Shown here piece after piece: positions 56,013 through 64,000 of a stretch of DNA of 64,000 nucleotides. The notes under the pieces are model-generated. The model was given only the letters and a program-made list of their open reading frames with translations. It was not told the DNA's origin and searched no databases. Source of the stretch: Verrucomicrobiia bacterium. GTDB taxonomy: Bacteria; Verrucomicrobiota; Verrucomicrobiia; Chthoniobacterales; Terrimicrobiaceae. The stretch spans positions 20,687 to 84,686 of the forward strand of contig JBAXXX010000003.1 in the NCBI GenBank assembly GCA_037127695.1, in the 5' to 3' direction. The position numbers and the translations under genes were made by a program. Numbering within the stretch: position 1 is the stretch's first letter; the number at the start of each line of letters is the position of its first letter.

Positions 56013-56770
56013 GGCAGGTAGGTTTTCAGCCGGTTGCGCCACCCGGGCAGCCATTGCGCCTCGTTGCGCGCCGGCGGAGAATTTTTGACCCTCAGGGTGA
56101 GCACCTCGTCCGCCGAACGGACAAATTCGGGGAGCGCAGGGCCGGAGGTTCTCATGCGGAGAAGAACCTGCCGCAGCCCCCAGCCGGCCCCCCCATAGCA
56201 TTCGGTCGGGCTCGTGCCTTCGCCTTTGAAGTTCACATAATCCATGAGGGCGTAGTATCCGAGCGGCTCGGCGGCAACCCGGCGGAAGTTTTCCTCCACC
56301 TTGGCGCGCGCGTCGACCGGGGATGCTACGAGCATTTTCGGCAAGGCGGAGTCGAGGCGCATCGCAGCGAAGCGGGCCTGGAGCGGGACGGTCTCCGCAA
56401 GGAGGCTTCTGAGCTCGGTGAGGCGCGGCCCGCTGAGGGCGGCGACAAACTCCTCTCGCGAACTCCACGGGCACGGGCCGAGCATCCATCCGCTCACCGC
56501 CCGCCCGTTGGCCTTGAGGAACTGCGCCAGCCCCGGAAAGCTCTCCTCGAACGGCCCCCGGCGGCCTTCAGGATACCAGATGAAATGGGCGATCCCAAGC
56601 GAGGGAAACCCCTCGCCTTTGTTCCAGGAGACCAGGCCGGAAATCGTTCCCGCACACTCGTTTTTCCAGATCCGGCGTCCGATTTCCAAGGCCTGGCTGT
56701 CGGACATTTCCTTGGCGGGCAGCAAGGCCGTCATCGCCAGCAGCAGCAGGAGGGGGAAAAGGGGGTTCAT
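56009..56770 (-). CDS. hypothetical secreted protein
   Basis: Internal ATG with the signal peptide MNPLFPLLLLLAMTALLPA. The stop overlaps the polX ATG (ATGA). No family recognised. Confidence 0.6.
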   Translation of the reverse strand: MNPLFPLLLLLAMTALLPAKEMSDSQALEIGRRIWKNECAGTISGLVSWNKGEGFPSLGIAHFIWYPEGRRGPFEESFPGLAQFLKANGRAVSGWMLGPCPWSSREEFVAALSGPRLTELRSLLAETVPLQARFAAMRLDSALPKMLVASPVDARAKVEENFRRVAAEPLGYYALMDYVNFKGEGTSPTECYGGAGWGLRQVLLRMRTSGPALPEFVRSADEVLTLRVKNSPPARNEAQWLPGWRNRLKTYLP

Positions 56771-56961
56771 GGTTTCATAAAATGAGGTTCGATTTGCAGA
56801 AAATCGGCGGCGCCACGCCCGCGCGGAGCCGCCGGGCCATTCGTGCATGAGGCGGGCGGAGGGGGCAAGCCCATAGTGCCGGGCAGGATTTCCGTACCCA
56901 GGGCCGCGAGGTGCGCGATCGTGATATTGCGCCGCCGCTTTGGCGAGGTCGCTTGCGTGGT

Positions 56962-57396
56962 TCACGGAATGACTTTCAGTCCCGCGAGTTCCGCACATTT
57001 TCTCTGCTTGGCATCATACGAAGCAAAAACGGTGCATCCGATTTCCAGAGCTGCGGCAACATGCAAGAGGTCAAGGCTCCGGGTTCCAATATCCCCAGAG
57101 AACCGGGCAGAAAGTTGCTCCGCGCGGGTGAACGCCTCGCCAATGTCATAGGCTGGCCGGTCAAATCTGCCTGCATCAACATCAGTCCGAAAAGCCCGGA
57201 TCGCCGATGTTTCCTGCGCGGGTGTGATCTCAGAACGAAAGCGTTTTAAACGAATCGCGTTTGGAATTTCGATCTCATGGAAATGAGAAAAAGCAAATGG
57301 GGTTCCGATGGAACGAAGGATCGCATCCGACTCTTTCGAGTTCGGCTCAGCAATGTAGCTTTTTACAAAAAGCCCGGTGTCAACATAGGTCTTCAC
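56962..57396 (-). CDS. vapC: PIN-domain toxin (VapC-like)
   Basis: 144 aa with conserved acidic positions (YVDTGLF, ...HFHEIE..., SLDLLHVA, SYDAKQ). It overlaps the antitoxin gene by 4 nt. Confidence 0.8.
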   Translation of the reverse strand: MKTYVDTGLFVKSYIAEPNSKESDAILRSIGTPFAFSHFHEIEIPNAIRLKRFRSEITPAQETSAIRAFRTDVDAGRFDRPAYDIGEAFTRAEQLSARFSGDIGTRSLDLLHVAAALEIGCTVFASYDAKQRKCAELAGLKVIP

Positions 57397-57638
57397 GTAT
57401 CGCCCCTGTCGTAATCAAGGACATTTTGAACGTCGACGTGCGTCTGGCCATCTGGAAAAAGTTTCCTCCGCCACTCCTCTCTGTCAGGCCACTCCGGGGC
57501 GGCTTTTCGCCGCCTAGTTGGTGCGAGAGTGGCAAAGGGTAGCCCCCGCTTCGTAATTGTGACGGATTCTCCGTGATTGATCCAGTTTGACACCGTGGAA
57601 AAGTTATTGCGCAGATCCGCTACTGTAGCCGTTCTCAT
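57393..57638 (-). CDS. Phd/YefM-type antitoxin
   Basis: MRTATVADLRNNFSTVSNWINHGESVTITKRGLPFATLAP matches the Phd/YefM N-terminal fold pattern. Confidence 0.75.
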   Translation of the reverse strand: MRTATVADLRNNFSTVSNWINHGESVTITKRGLPFATLAPTRRRKAAPEWPDREEWRRKLFPDGQTHVDVQNVLDYDRGDT

Positions 57639-57653
57639 ATGAGAGACAATCTA

Positions 57654-58055
57654 TCATGCAGGCGGACGTGTCAAGTCAGGTTTGGGCGCATCCCCGGCTC
57701 CCCCGGCTTGTGCATCCTGCGGCACCAGGCCGAGAGGTTTCGCCTCAGCAAACTCCCTGTGCAGCCAGCACAGGTATTCTTGGGACGTGATCCGGGCTTC
57801 GTCCGTGCGCGTGAGGAAGTCGTCAGGTGCCACGAAGGCTCAGTTCTTCAACGCCGAGCATGCCGCCCTCCAGCGATTCCAGCCGGGGCCCTTTGATCAT
57901 TTGGTGGACGAGTGACCTTTTCCCGAGCTCCTCGCGGCCCTTGAAGTAGGACTCCATGAGGCCAGGCAAAGGGAAATACGGGTGGAGATAAATGGGGGCA
58001 TTTCGCTCATCAAGGCTTCGGTTACAAACTCCTCTTCCAAGGCAATAATTCTCAT
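57654..58055 (-). pseudogene. amidohydrolase-2-family gene remnant (multiple frameshifts, truncated)
   Basis: AAGGAG-N8-ATG then MRIIALEEEFVTEA (compare the MxIIALEEHF start of this family). The similarity continues in two other frames (...PRLESLEGGMLGVEELS..., ...TDEARITSQEYLCWLHREFAEAKPLGLVPQ) and stops beside the TA pair. Confidence 0.4.
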
Positions 58056-58164
58056 GAGGTTTTCTCCTTATCTGGCTGAGCTGATAGGAAATCACTTTGC
58101 GGCTGTCGCGGGCGGTTGCCCGTCAATTCCATCCACAGGCAGGGATGCCTGCAAACCTCCTCCA

Positions 58165-59103
58165 TCACGCCCCCATACTCGGACGCACCACGCGAAATGC
58201 GCCGCCGGAAACCCACTCGATCTCGGTGAAACCAAGTCGCGTAGCGTTGTTCCCGCCGCCGAAAAATCCGCTGCGATACCATTTCCCCTGCCATTCGATC
58301 ATTTCTCCGGCCAGACCGATATCCGCGCCACCCGAAAGGCACTCATACGGGCGCACCTCGCCGCGCAGGAAAGTATGCGGGTCGTCGGATTTCACATACT
58401 GCCAGTTCGCCAGCATGATCCAGCTTCCGTCAAGCGGATGGCGCATCACGCACAAGCTCTCGTTGTTGCCGTTTCGGCAGTCCGGCAGGTCGGGGATGAT
58501 CGCGCAGACGCCCTCGAACTGCCAGTCGAGCAGATCATGCGAGCGGGCGGCGAACACCTGGTGCAGCCCGTCGCTTTTGCGGGGCCCGGTGGCATAGAGC
58601 AGCCACATCTGCTCCACGTCGTCCCAGACCACATGCGGGTCGCGCCCAGAAATGTCGATGCCGCGCGCGGCATCCGACATTTTCACCCAATCGGTCAAAT
58701 CGGCGGAAACCGCGACACCGAGAGTTTCCCGGTGGCCCTCGTAAACCCAGAAATGGTCGCGGCTCGGCTTCTCGTAGGACAGCGGACGGTGAGGGTGAAT
58801 GACTCCCGTGTAAAAAAGATAAAATCGTCCGTCATGCCGAATGCAGAACGGTGCCCAGACCTCGTGCTGGTCGAACGTGCCGGTGCGCTGCGAAGCGTGC
58901 AGCACATGCCCGCGCATCTCCCAATCGACGAGGTCGCGGCTGATGCTCCACGAAATCGTCTCCTCGTTGCCGTTGAACGCGTGGTAGTAGCCCTCGGTCC
59001 CGCTGATGGAAAAGAGATGCCACCACCCGTCGTTGAAGAGCAGCGTGTGATCCTTGATGTATTCGCCCGGCGGGGCGTAGGAGCATTCGGTGGGGCTGGT
59101 CAT
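58165..59103 (-). CDS. five-bladed beta-propeller glycoside hydrolase (GH43/GH32-clan-like)
   Basis: Motif pattern IKDHTLLF..GWWHLF, VWAPFCIRHDGRFYLFYTG, GRDPHVVWDD...WLLY and ESLCVMRHP..GSWIML. The family is not resolved. No signal peptide. Confidence 0.6.
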   Translation of the reverse strand: MTSPTECSYAPPGEYIKDHTLLFNDGWWHLFSISGTEGYYHAFNGNEETISWSISRDLVDWEMRGHVLHASQRTGTFDQHEVWAPFCIRHDGRFYLFYTGVIHPHRPLSYEKPSRDHFWVYEGHRETLGVAVSADLTDWVKMSDAARGIDISGRDPHVVWDDVEQMWLLYATGPRKSDGLHQVFAARSHDLLDWQFEGVCAIIPDLPDCRNGNNESLCVMRHPLDGSWIMLANWQYVKSDDPHTFLRGEVRPYECLSGGADIGLAGEMIEWQGKWYRSGFFGGGNNATRLGFTEIEWVSGGAFRVVRPSMGA

Positions 59104-59163
59104 GGTGAGAGGTTGTCAGAATGTGGCTGAAGGGCGGTCGCTTGTGGTCCGAGAGGTACCGTT

Positions 59164-59751
59164 TCACATCCTCGATACCGATAAATCCCCCGTGTGATCG
59201 CAGCAAATCGGCCGGCGGCGCATTTGCCGGTGATGCGAAGAAGGTGTAGGTGGATGCACCTCCAGAGAAGCGATCTTGGCGTTCAGGGCATGGTTGCAGT
59301 GAACATAGGTTCCGCTTTTGAACTCGCTGCACACCGCCCGTGTGGCACTGCACTCCACGCCTGTCGCGACACCATCGGGCCCGGCCACATAATAATGGTG
59401 CGCCGCAGACCGCGGTGCCTGATATATGACCTCAACAGCCTCCGCAAGGGATCGAGAGCGCAGGGCACGATGCAAGACGGTCAGATACTGCACGCCAATA
59501 CGTGCATCAGTGGTCTCCAAATTAGTGTTTCCGACCACGATGCCCTCCGCGTTGATGCCAACAAGCGTGAGACACCCGGCGAGGGTCAGGCTCCAGGTCT
59601 CGGAAGCGTTCTTGGGCTTCCGGTGGACCAAGCGGACGAACGGCATGTTGTCGGTGTGAAGATCCCACGTCTGCCCCAACAGCAAATGTCCGGAAGCAAC
59701 TCTGTCGCCCGCGACAATTTGAGTTTCGCCATATAGAATGAGCGGGCTCAT
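59164..59751 (-). pseudogene. C45-family (acyl-CoA:6-APA acyltransferase-like) Ntn-hydrolase fragment, N-terminally truncated
   Basis: GQTWDLH, LVGINAEGIVVGNTNL, HHYYVAGPDG and VHCNHAL resemble peptidase C45 blocks. The precursor segment and nucleophile Cys region appear absent, and the ORF's N-terminal codons lie in low-GC non-coding-looking DNA. Confidence 0.4.
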
Positions 59752-60059
59752 AGTTGATCTACTATTGCAATGCTGCAACGTCCCCGATGACCTATCTCTA
59801 CTTGCTTCTGGCGTGACTCCTGCCCGCATAGCGGAAGCAGGAGACATGACAGAAGTGCCGCAGGCATAGGATTAGGCACATCGAATCGTGTGCGCCCAGC
59901 ATGGGTGCGTTGCAAATAGGGTGAGAGTCCCCTGTGAAAGAACCAAACCATGGAAACAAATAATATATCACCAGTCGAAGCCAATGTAAAGGGGGTCTTC
60001 CGTTGTGGGTTAAGAGGCGAGAGGGGAATTTTCCGACGGGCTGCATGTTGTTTGCATGG

Positions 60060-60473
60060 TCAGAAAGGAATTTCGACACTCCCGTTGGAATCGTCCGGCC
60101 GCGATTCAAAATCCGCCGGACAATCCGTCAAATGCTCATCCAGGCATTCCTGGTAGAGCGCAGGGTCAAGCGCATGGACTTTCTTCCACCGCTTGCGTTT
60201 GCCCTCGGAGATGTCGGCTACTCGCCGCACAAGTCCCGCAAAGTGCCGGATCCCCGCATCGGCGTGGCCTGACAGTTCGGCGAGCCTCTGCAGGTTCTTT
60301 TGCGAAATCCGCGATTGCCGGAGAAAGCCGGCGACTTCGTCCCCGGTCTCGATTTTCTCTCTGTGGGTGGGCGGGAGCTTCCAGCAATCCTTGCAGACGT
60401 GGACGCGGTGACCTTTGCCTGAGAATTGCTCGTTCGCGCGTTCTCTTCCGCAAATCCTGCAATAGTGCCCCAT
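60060..60473 (-). CDS. Zn-ribbon protein (CxxC...CxxC), hypothetical
   Basis: MGHYCRICGRERANEQFSGKGHRVHVCKDCW is followed by a helical, basic C-terminal part. An alternative GTG start at 60491 would overlap the ATPase stop (GTGA). Confidence 0.6.
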   Translation of the reverse strand: MGHYCRICGRERANEQFSGKGHRVHVCKDCWKLPPTHREKIETGDEVAGFLRQSRISQKNLQRLAELSGHADAGIRHFAGLVRRVADISEGKRKRWKKVHALDPALYQECLDEHLTDCPADFESRPDDSNGSVEIPF

Positions 60474-60487
60474 AGGAGAACCGCCGT

Positions 60488-61918
60488 TCACGTCGTCAGC
60501 AGATCAGCGGCCGGAATGAGAAAATCAAAGTAATCCGAGCGGGGGATTTCGGGGGCCAGTTCTCCCTCGTAGATCAGGCCGGTGCGCACGGAGAGCCCGC
60601 GCGAGGGGTGGAGGCGCCGCACTTTCTCCTTCATTTCGGCGATGACTTTTGCCTGGATACGTTGTCGGAATTTCGTTTCAAAGACGTAGAGCGACTGGTT
60701 GGTTCGGAGGAGGAGGTCGATCTGGCATCCCTGGCGTCGCAGAGTTTTGTTTTGCGAATAGGGGCCGGCGTTGAGAACCGGCACGTTGGAGAGCCCGGCC
60801 CGCGCCAAAATGGCGGGCAGGCTGCCGAGAACAAGGTTCTCGAACTGCAAGCCCATCATCGTGTCCCACGCCTGGAGGGTTTCAAGGGGCGCGAATTGGA
60901 AGATTCCTTTTTTGACCTGCTCCCTTGAGGGCTCCACGTATTTCAGGTAAAATCGAAGGTAATTGTCGCTGAGCCGAAAGCGAATGTCGCGGGCGCGGGA
61001 TTTGCCGGACTCCGGGTCGAACGAGACATCTTTTCGGATAAACCCCGCCCCTTCCAAATCCTCGAGTGCCGCGCTGAGGCTGCCACCGCGGCCGACGCGG
61101 AGTGCCCGGCCGACCTGCTGGACGGTGCGGGGTCCGGCAACAAGCGTCCGCACGATGTCGCGATAAGCCCCCGCACGGCGGGAAAAAATATCGTGAAATA
61201 TGCTGTCGAACTCGTTGAAGAGGATCCCGCCGGCGTTGAAGCAAAGGGTTTCGATATTTTGTTCCGCCGTTTTCGAGGGAACTATCTCTTCAAGATACTT
61301 GGGGACCCCGCCGGTCACGGCGAGCAAACGCAGCATTTCCGCCCGGGCCACTTTGCGCTTCCCCCAGAACGCCGCGCATTCCGGCAGCGCCAGCGGCTGA
61401 AGGACAAACTGCCACGAGCATCGGCCGACAAATGCCGTGCTGTTGAGAATATTGCGCTGGATCCATGACGAAACCGAGCCGCAGAGGACGAGGACCAAGC
61501 CTCGCCGGGTCGAGAAATGCGCGTCCCAGGCCAATTTCAGGTGCCCCGCGAAATCCGGGTCGCCTGCACCCATCCAGGAAATCTCATCCAGCAGGAGCAC
61601 GACCGATCCGGTCCCGGGAATCTGGCTGGCCAGGAGTTGAAGTGCGGACGGCCAGTTGTCCAGCGCCAGCTTCGGCGCGCGGGACTGCGATGCAAGCTGC
61701 CCGGCAAATGCGTCCAACTGGTCCCGCTTGGAAATCCCTTCGCGCGGCGGCAGCCCGGCGAAGGACATAAAATGGTCGGCCCCTTTCGCGCACTCCGCAA
61801 TGAACCGGCTTTTGCCGATCCGCCGTCGCCCCTGGCAGGTCACCAGCGAGGCACCTTGCTTCCTCAGGAGCAAGGCGAACTCGCCCTGTTCTGTTTCTCG
61901 TCCGATAAATGGGATCAT
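60488..61918 (-). CDS. P-loop ATPase (archaeal-ATPase-like) with wHTH and C-terminal PD-(D/E)xK-like (DUF234-like) module
   Basis: Walker A GRRRIGKS and Walker B VVLLLDEISW. A wHTH-like segment (YRDIVRTLVAGPRTVQQVGRAL) and DNYLRFYLKY follow. The C-terminal part reads FENLV...QIDLLL...LYVFETKF. Confidence 0.75.
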   Translation of the reverse strand: MIPFIGRETEQGEFALLLRKQGASLVTCQGRRRIGKSRFIAECAKGADHFMSFAGLPPREGISKRDQLDAFAGQLASQSRAPKLALDNWPSALQLLASQIPGTGSVVLLLDEISWMGAGDPDFAGHLKLAWDAHFSTRRGLVLVLCGSVSSWIQRNILNSTAFVGRCSWQFVLQPLALPECAAFWGKRKVARAEMLRLLAVTGGVPKYLEEIVPSKTAEQNIETLCFNAGGILFNEFDSIFHDIFSRRAGAYRDIVRTLVAGPRTVQQVGRALRVGRGGSLSAALEDLEGAGFIRKDVSFDPESGKSRARDIRFRLSDNYLRFYLKYVEPSREQVKKGIFQFAPLETLQAWDTMMGLQFENLVLGSLPAILARAGLSNVPVLNAGPYSQNKTLRRQGCQIDLLLRTNQSLYVFETKFRQRIQAKVIAEMKEKVRRLHPSRGLSVRTGLIYEGELAPEIPRSDYFDFLIPAADLLTT

Positions 61919-62138
61919 GTCGATTTCGTGCCGATGATCGGCGACCAGGATACTGGCACAGACAAAACATTATGTCAATCTCGTGCCATGTTATTCGCAA
62001 AGATGATCGGCACGAAAGCAGCACCTCGCGCTTTTGAGGTGTCATCTGTCGAGGCGGCGCACTGATACCGTTTTTCCTAGAGTGATCATGCCGGAATAGT
62101 CAATGCGACCATAGGCGCTACTCGCCGTATAGCAGGCG

Positions 62139-62930
62139 ATGTTTCCCGTTTTTCAGGAAGGCATGCGCGGGATTTCCGGTTCTGTTGGATTTGCGATGGC
62201 AAGGCGGGGCGGGCATGGTATGAAAACGTTATCGGCATGGAGCGGGCAGGCCAGGAGCGACATGCCGCCTGCTATGCCCACATTGCTGCCACCATTCCTC
62301 GAGCGGATCGACTCGCACAACCGGCACGTCGCCCTTGCCGCATTTCTGAGCTTACTTGGCGCCTGCCTGGCATGGGCTTTCGCCTACGCCCTCGTCATCG
62401 GGCTCGTTCTGGGGGCGTTCACTGTCGCCCACGGGCAAGAGATCCTTGCCGAAGAGCCGGTTATCGAGGTTTCGGGGTGGCTGTATCCCGGCGCCCTGCT
62501 TCTCGCGCTGGCGACCCTCGTCTGGGAAGCGGTGGATGAATGGAGGACCCGGTTCCTCCCGGTCAGCGACCGCGCGGTGATCGGGTGGCATATCCTCGGG
62601 GATATCCTCCTCCTGCCGGCGCGGCTGACATTCGGGATCGGCGTTCAGCTCTCCGCGATCATCTGCCTGAACCGGCGCGCACAAATCGAGGCCCAGGAGC
62701 TTCTCCGCCACATCCATCATGAGAAGCGGTGCGCGGCCCATTCGCTGGGCGCATGGGTTTCGGATCAAAAGCGGCTCCGGAAACTTCTTGGCGCGCTCCA
62801 GATGGCCGGATGGATCGAGCTCCTCCGCACGGAGGCCGGGTGGATCTACATCGAGCGCAGCAGCGAGGCCGCACCGCTTGCGGCGATGTTCGATGCCGGA
62901 GATGAAGATCGAGATGAAGAGCGCGTTTGA
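62139..62930 (+). CDS. hypothetical membrane protein with cytoplasmic wHTH-like tail
   Basis: Three predicted TM helices (VALAAFLSLLGACLAWAFAYALVIGLVLGAF; LYPGALLLALATLVW; ILGDILLLPARLTFGIGVQLSAII), then LRKLLGALQMAGWIELLR and an acidic end. The true start is uncertain, as several in-frame ATGs exist. Confidence 0.5.
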   Translation: MFPVFQEGMRGISGSVGFAMARRGGHGMKTLSAWSGQARSDMPPAMPTLLPPFLERIDSHNRHVALAAFLSLLGACLAWAFAYALVIGLVLGAFTVAHGQEILAEEPVIEVSGWLYPGALLLALATLVWEAVDEWRTRFLPVSDRAVIGWHILGDILLLPARLTFGIGVQLSAIICLNRRAQIEAQELLRHIHHEKRCAAHSLGAWVSDQKRLRKLLGALQMAGWIELLRTEAGWIYIERSSEAAPLAAMFDAGDEDRDEERV

Positions 62931-62962
62931 CGCGGGGGATCAAAAATCCCACAGTGCCCCTC

Positions 62963-64000
62963 ATGTGGAATTCCGCACACCAACACATCCGTGACATCGT
63001 TGCCTACGAGCCCGGGAAACCGGTCGAGGAGCTCGCTCGCGAAATGGGCCTCGACCCGGCGCAGATCGTCAAGCTCGCCTCGAACGAAAACCCCCTCGGA
63101 CCATCCCCCATGGCGCTGGCCGCAATGCGCGAGACCCTCGAGCGCGCACATTTTTACCCCGATGGCGGCGGCTGGGCATTGCGGAGCGCGATCGCGGACA
63201 AGCTCGGGATCACCCGCGAGAATGTCATCCTGGGAAACGGGTCGAACGAGATCATTGAGTTTATCGGCCACGCATTCCTCCGCCCCGGCGACGAGGTCGT
63301 GACCGCGAAGCATGCGTTCGCAGTTTATTCCCTGATGACCCAGCTTTTTGGAGCGAAGACGGTCGAGGTGCCGGACCCTGGGTATACCCACGACCTCGAG
63401 GGCATGCTTGCCGCGATCACCCCAAAAACCCGGCAGCTCTTCATCGCAAACCCGAACAACCCGACCGGCACGGTGGTCGGGCAGGACGCGCTCGACCGGT
63501 TCATGGCGCGCGTGCCGGACCATGTCCTCGTCATCTTCGACGAGGCCTACCACGAGTTCCTCGACAGCCCGCCGGATGTCATCCGCCACGTCCGCGATGG
63601 TCGGAACGTCGTGGTCATGCGCACGTTTTCGAAGATCCAGGGCCTCGCAAACCTGCGCATCGGATACGGGCTTGCCCCGGAAAAAGTTGCTGCGGTCCTC
63701 CAGAAGACCCGCCAGCCGTTCAACGCGAACGGGATCGCCCAGGCCGGCGCGCTCGCCGGGCTGGCGGACACCGACCACATGCGCCGGACCCGCGAGCTCA
63801 CCCACGAGGGACGAAATTATTTTCAGTCCGAATTTTCAGGCATGGGTCTTGAGTTCGTCCCGAGCGTCGCGAATTTCGTGCTCGTCCGGGTCGGCGATGG
63901 CGATGCCGTCTTCCGGGCGCTGCTCGGCCGGGGGATCATCGTGCGCGCGATGCGCGGCTACAAGCTGCCGGGCTGGATCCGGGTTTCGATCGGGACGATG
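62963..64000 (+). CDS. hisC: histidinol-phosphate aminotransferase (3' end beyond window)
   Basis: Read by hand; the ORF is open to the window edge and therefore missing from the track. It reads MWNSAHQHIRDIVAYEPGKP...LASNENPLGPSP...NPNNPTG...RTFSKIQGLANLRIGYG (PLP-lysine motif). Confidence 0.9.
   Translation, partial: MWNSAHQHIRDIVAYEPGKPVEELAREMGLDPAQIVKLASNENPLGPSPMALAAMRETLERAHFYPDGGGWALRSAIADKLGITRENVILGNGSNEIIEFIGHAFLRPGDEVVTAKHAFAVYSLMTQLFGAKTVEVPDPGYTHDLEGMLAAITPKTRQLFIANPNNPTGTVVGQDALDRFMARVPDHVLVIFDEAYHEFLDSPPDVIRHVRDGRNVVVMRTFSKIQGLANLRIGYGLAPEKVAAVLQKTRQPFNANGIAQAGALAGLADTDHMRRTRELTHEGRNYFQSEFSGMGLEFVPSVANFVLVRVGDGDAVFRALLGRGIIVRAMRGYKLPGWIRVSIGTM

Noticed and set aside
56013-56489. 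Upstream 159 codons of the PolX ORF (54273..56489).
   Set aside because: They overlap the well-coded secreted-protein gene in another frame. The canonical PolX N-terminus starts at the ATG at 56012.
57823-58095. 90-aa ORF next to the TA pair, first considered as a second toxin or antitoxin, or a ParD-like gene.
   Set aside because: Reading all three minus frames shows a single amidohydrolase-like sequence broken by frameshifts, beginning MRIIALEEEF with its own SD. It was reinterpreted as a pseudogene fragment.
59817-59843. Strong hairpin (CTCCTGC-CCGC-ATA-GCGG-AA-GCAGGAG) in the low-GC spacer; considered as an sRNA, terminator or att element.
   Set aside because: It has no U-tract, no flanking repeat partner and no adjacent integrase or RT gene. 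It is mentioned only within the islet finding.
62846-63805. 319-aa minus-strand ORF at the window end.
   Set aside because: It is antisense to hisC. The plus-strand hisC frame, open to the window edge and therefore absent from the track, carries the aminotransferase motifs including SKxxGLAxLRIGY.

Overview
GC-rich bacterial chromosomal segment. All calls are hand motif recognition on the supplied ORF track; no searches were run. It is mostly housekeeping genes. Plus strand: a nuoH-hisD-folP-cdaA-(ybbR-like)-glmM block, rpmB, an orphan ABC ATPase, rodA, a TolB-like lipoprotein, a ROK kinase, an Rrf2 regulator and the 5' part of hisC. Minus strand: rplM-rpsI, a type IIIA P-type ATPase, and a large ribosomal-protein/secY cluster running L4 to S4. 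It also carries queA, a trxB-GT4-SRPBCC-GH/GT2 glycan locus, a TetR-EmrA-EmrB cassette beside an IS remnant, and a serine-hydrolase/porin fusion. The remaining minus-strand genes are nusA-infB-rbfA-nrnA-truB-ribF, tex and polX. At about 57.0-62.9 kb, between polX and hisC, lies a small accessory islet. It holds a PIN/Phd toxin-antitoxin pair, two decayed genes, a beta-propeller glycosidase, a divergent membrane protein, and a P-loop ATPase with a PD-(D/E)xK-like tail coupled to a Zn-ribbon protein. I found no rRNA, tRNA or CRISPR array. The candidates most worth follow-up are: (1) a secreted coiled-coil/beta-barrel protein gene inserted between rpsS and rplV, inside an r-protein cluster that also lacks S10/L3, S14, L30, adk and rpoA/L17; (2) the ATPase-nuclease plus Zn-ribbon pair as a possible defence module; (3) a class-C-type serine hydrolase fused to a TorF-like outer-membrane barrel; (4) 76-bp perfect direct repeats bracketing the efflux cassette and IS remnant; (5) cdaA overprinting a truncated ybbR-like gene; and (6) a small ORF broken at an A8 slippery tract. 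Taxon cannot be assigned from sequence alone; a PVC/Verrucomicrobia-like organism is only a guess. Many long ORFs in the track are antisense artefacts of the high GC content.
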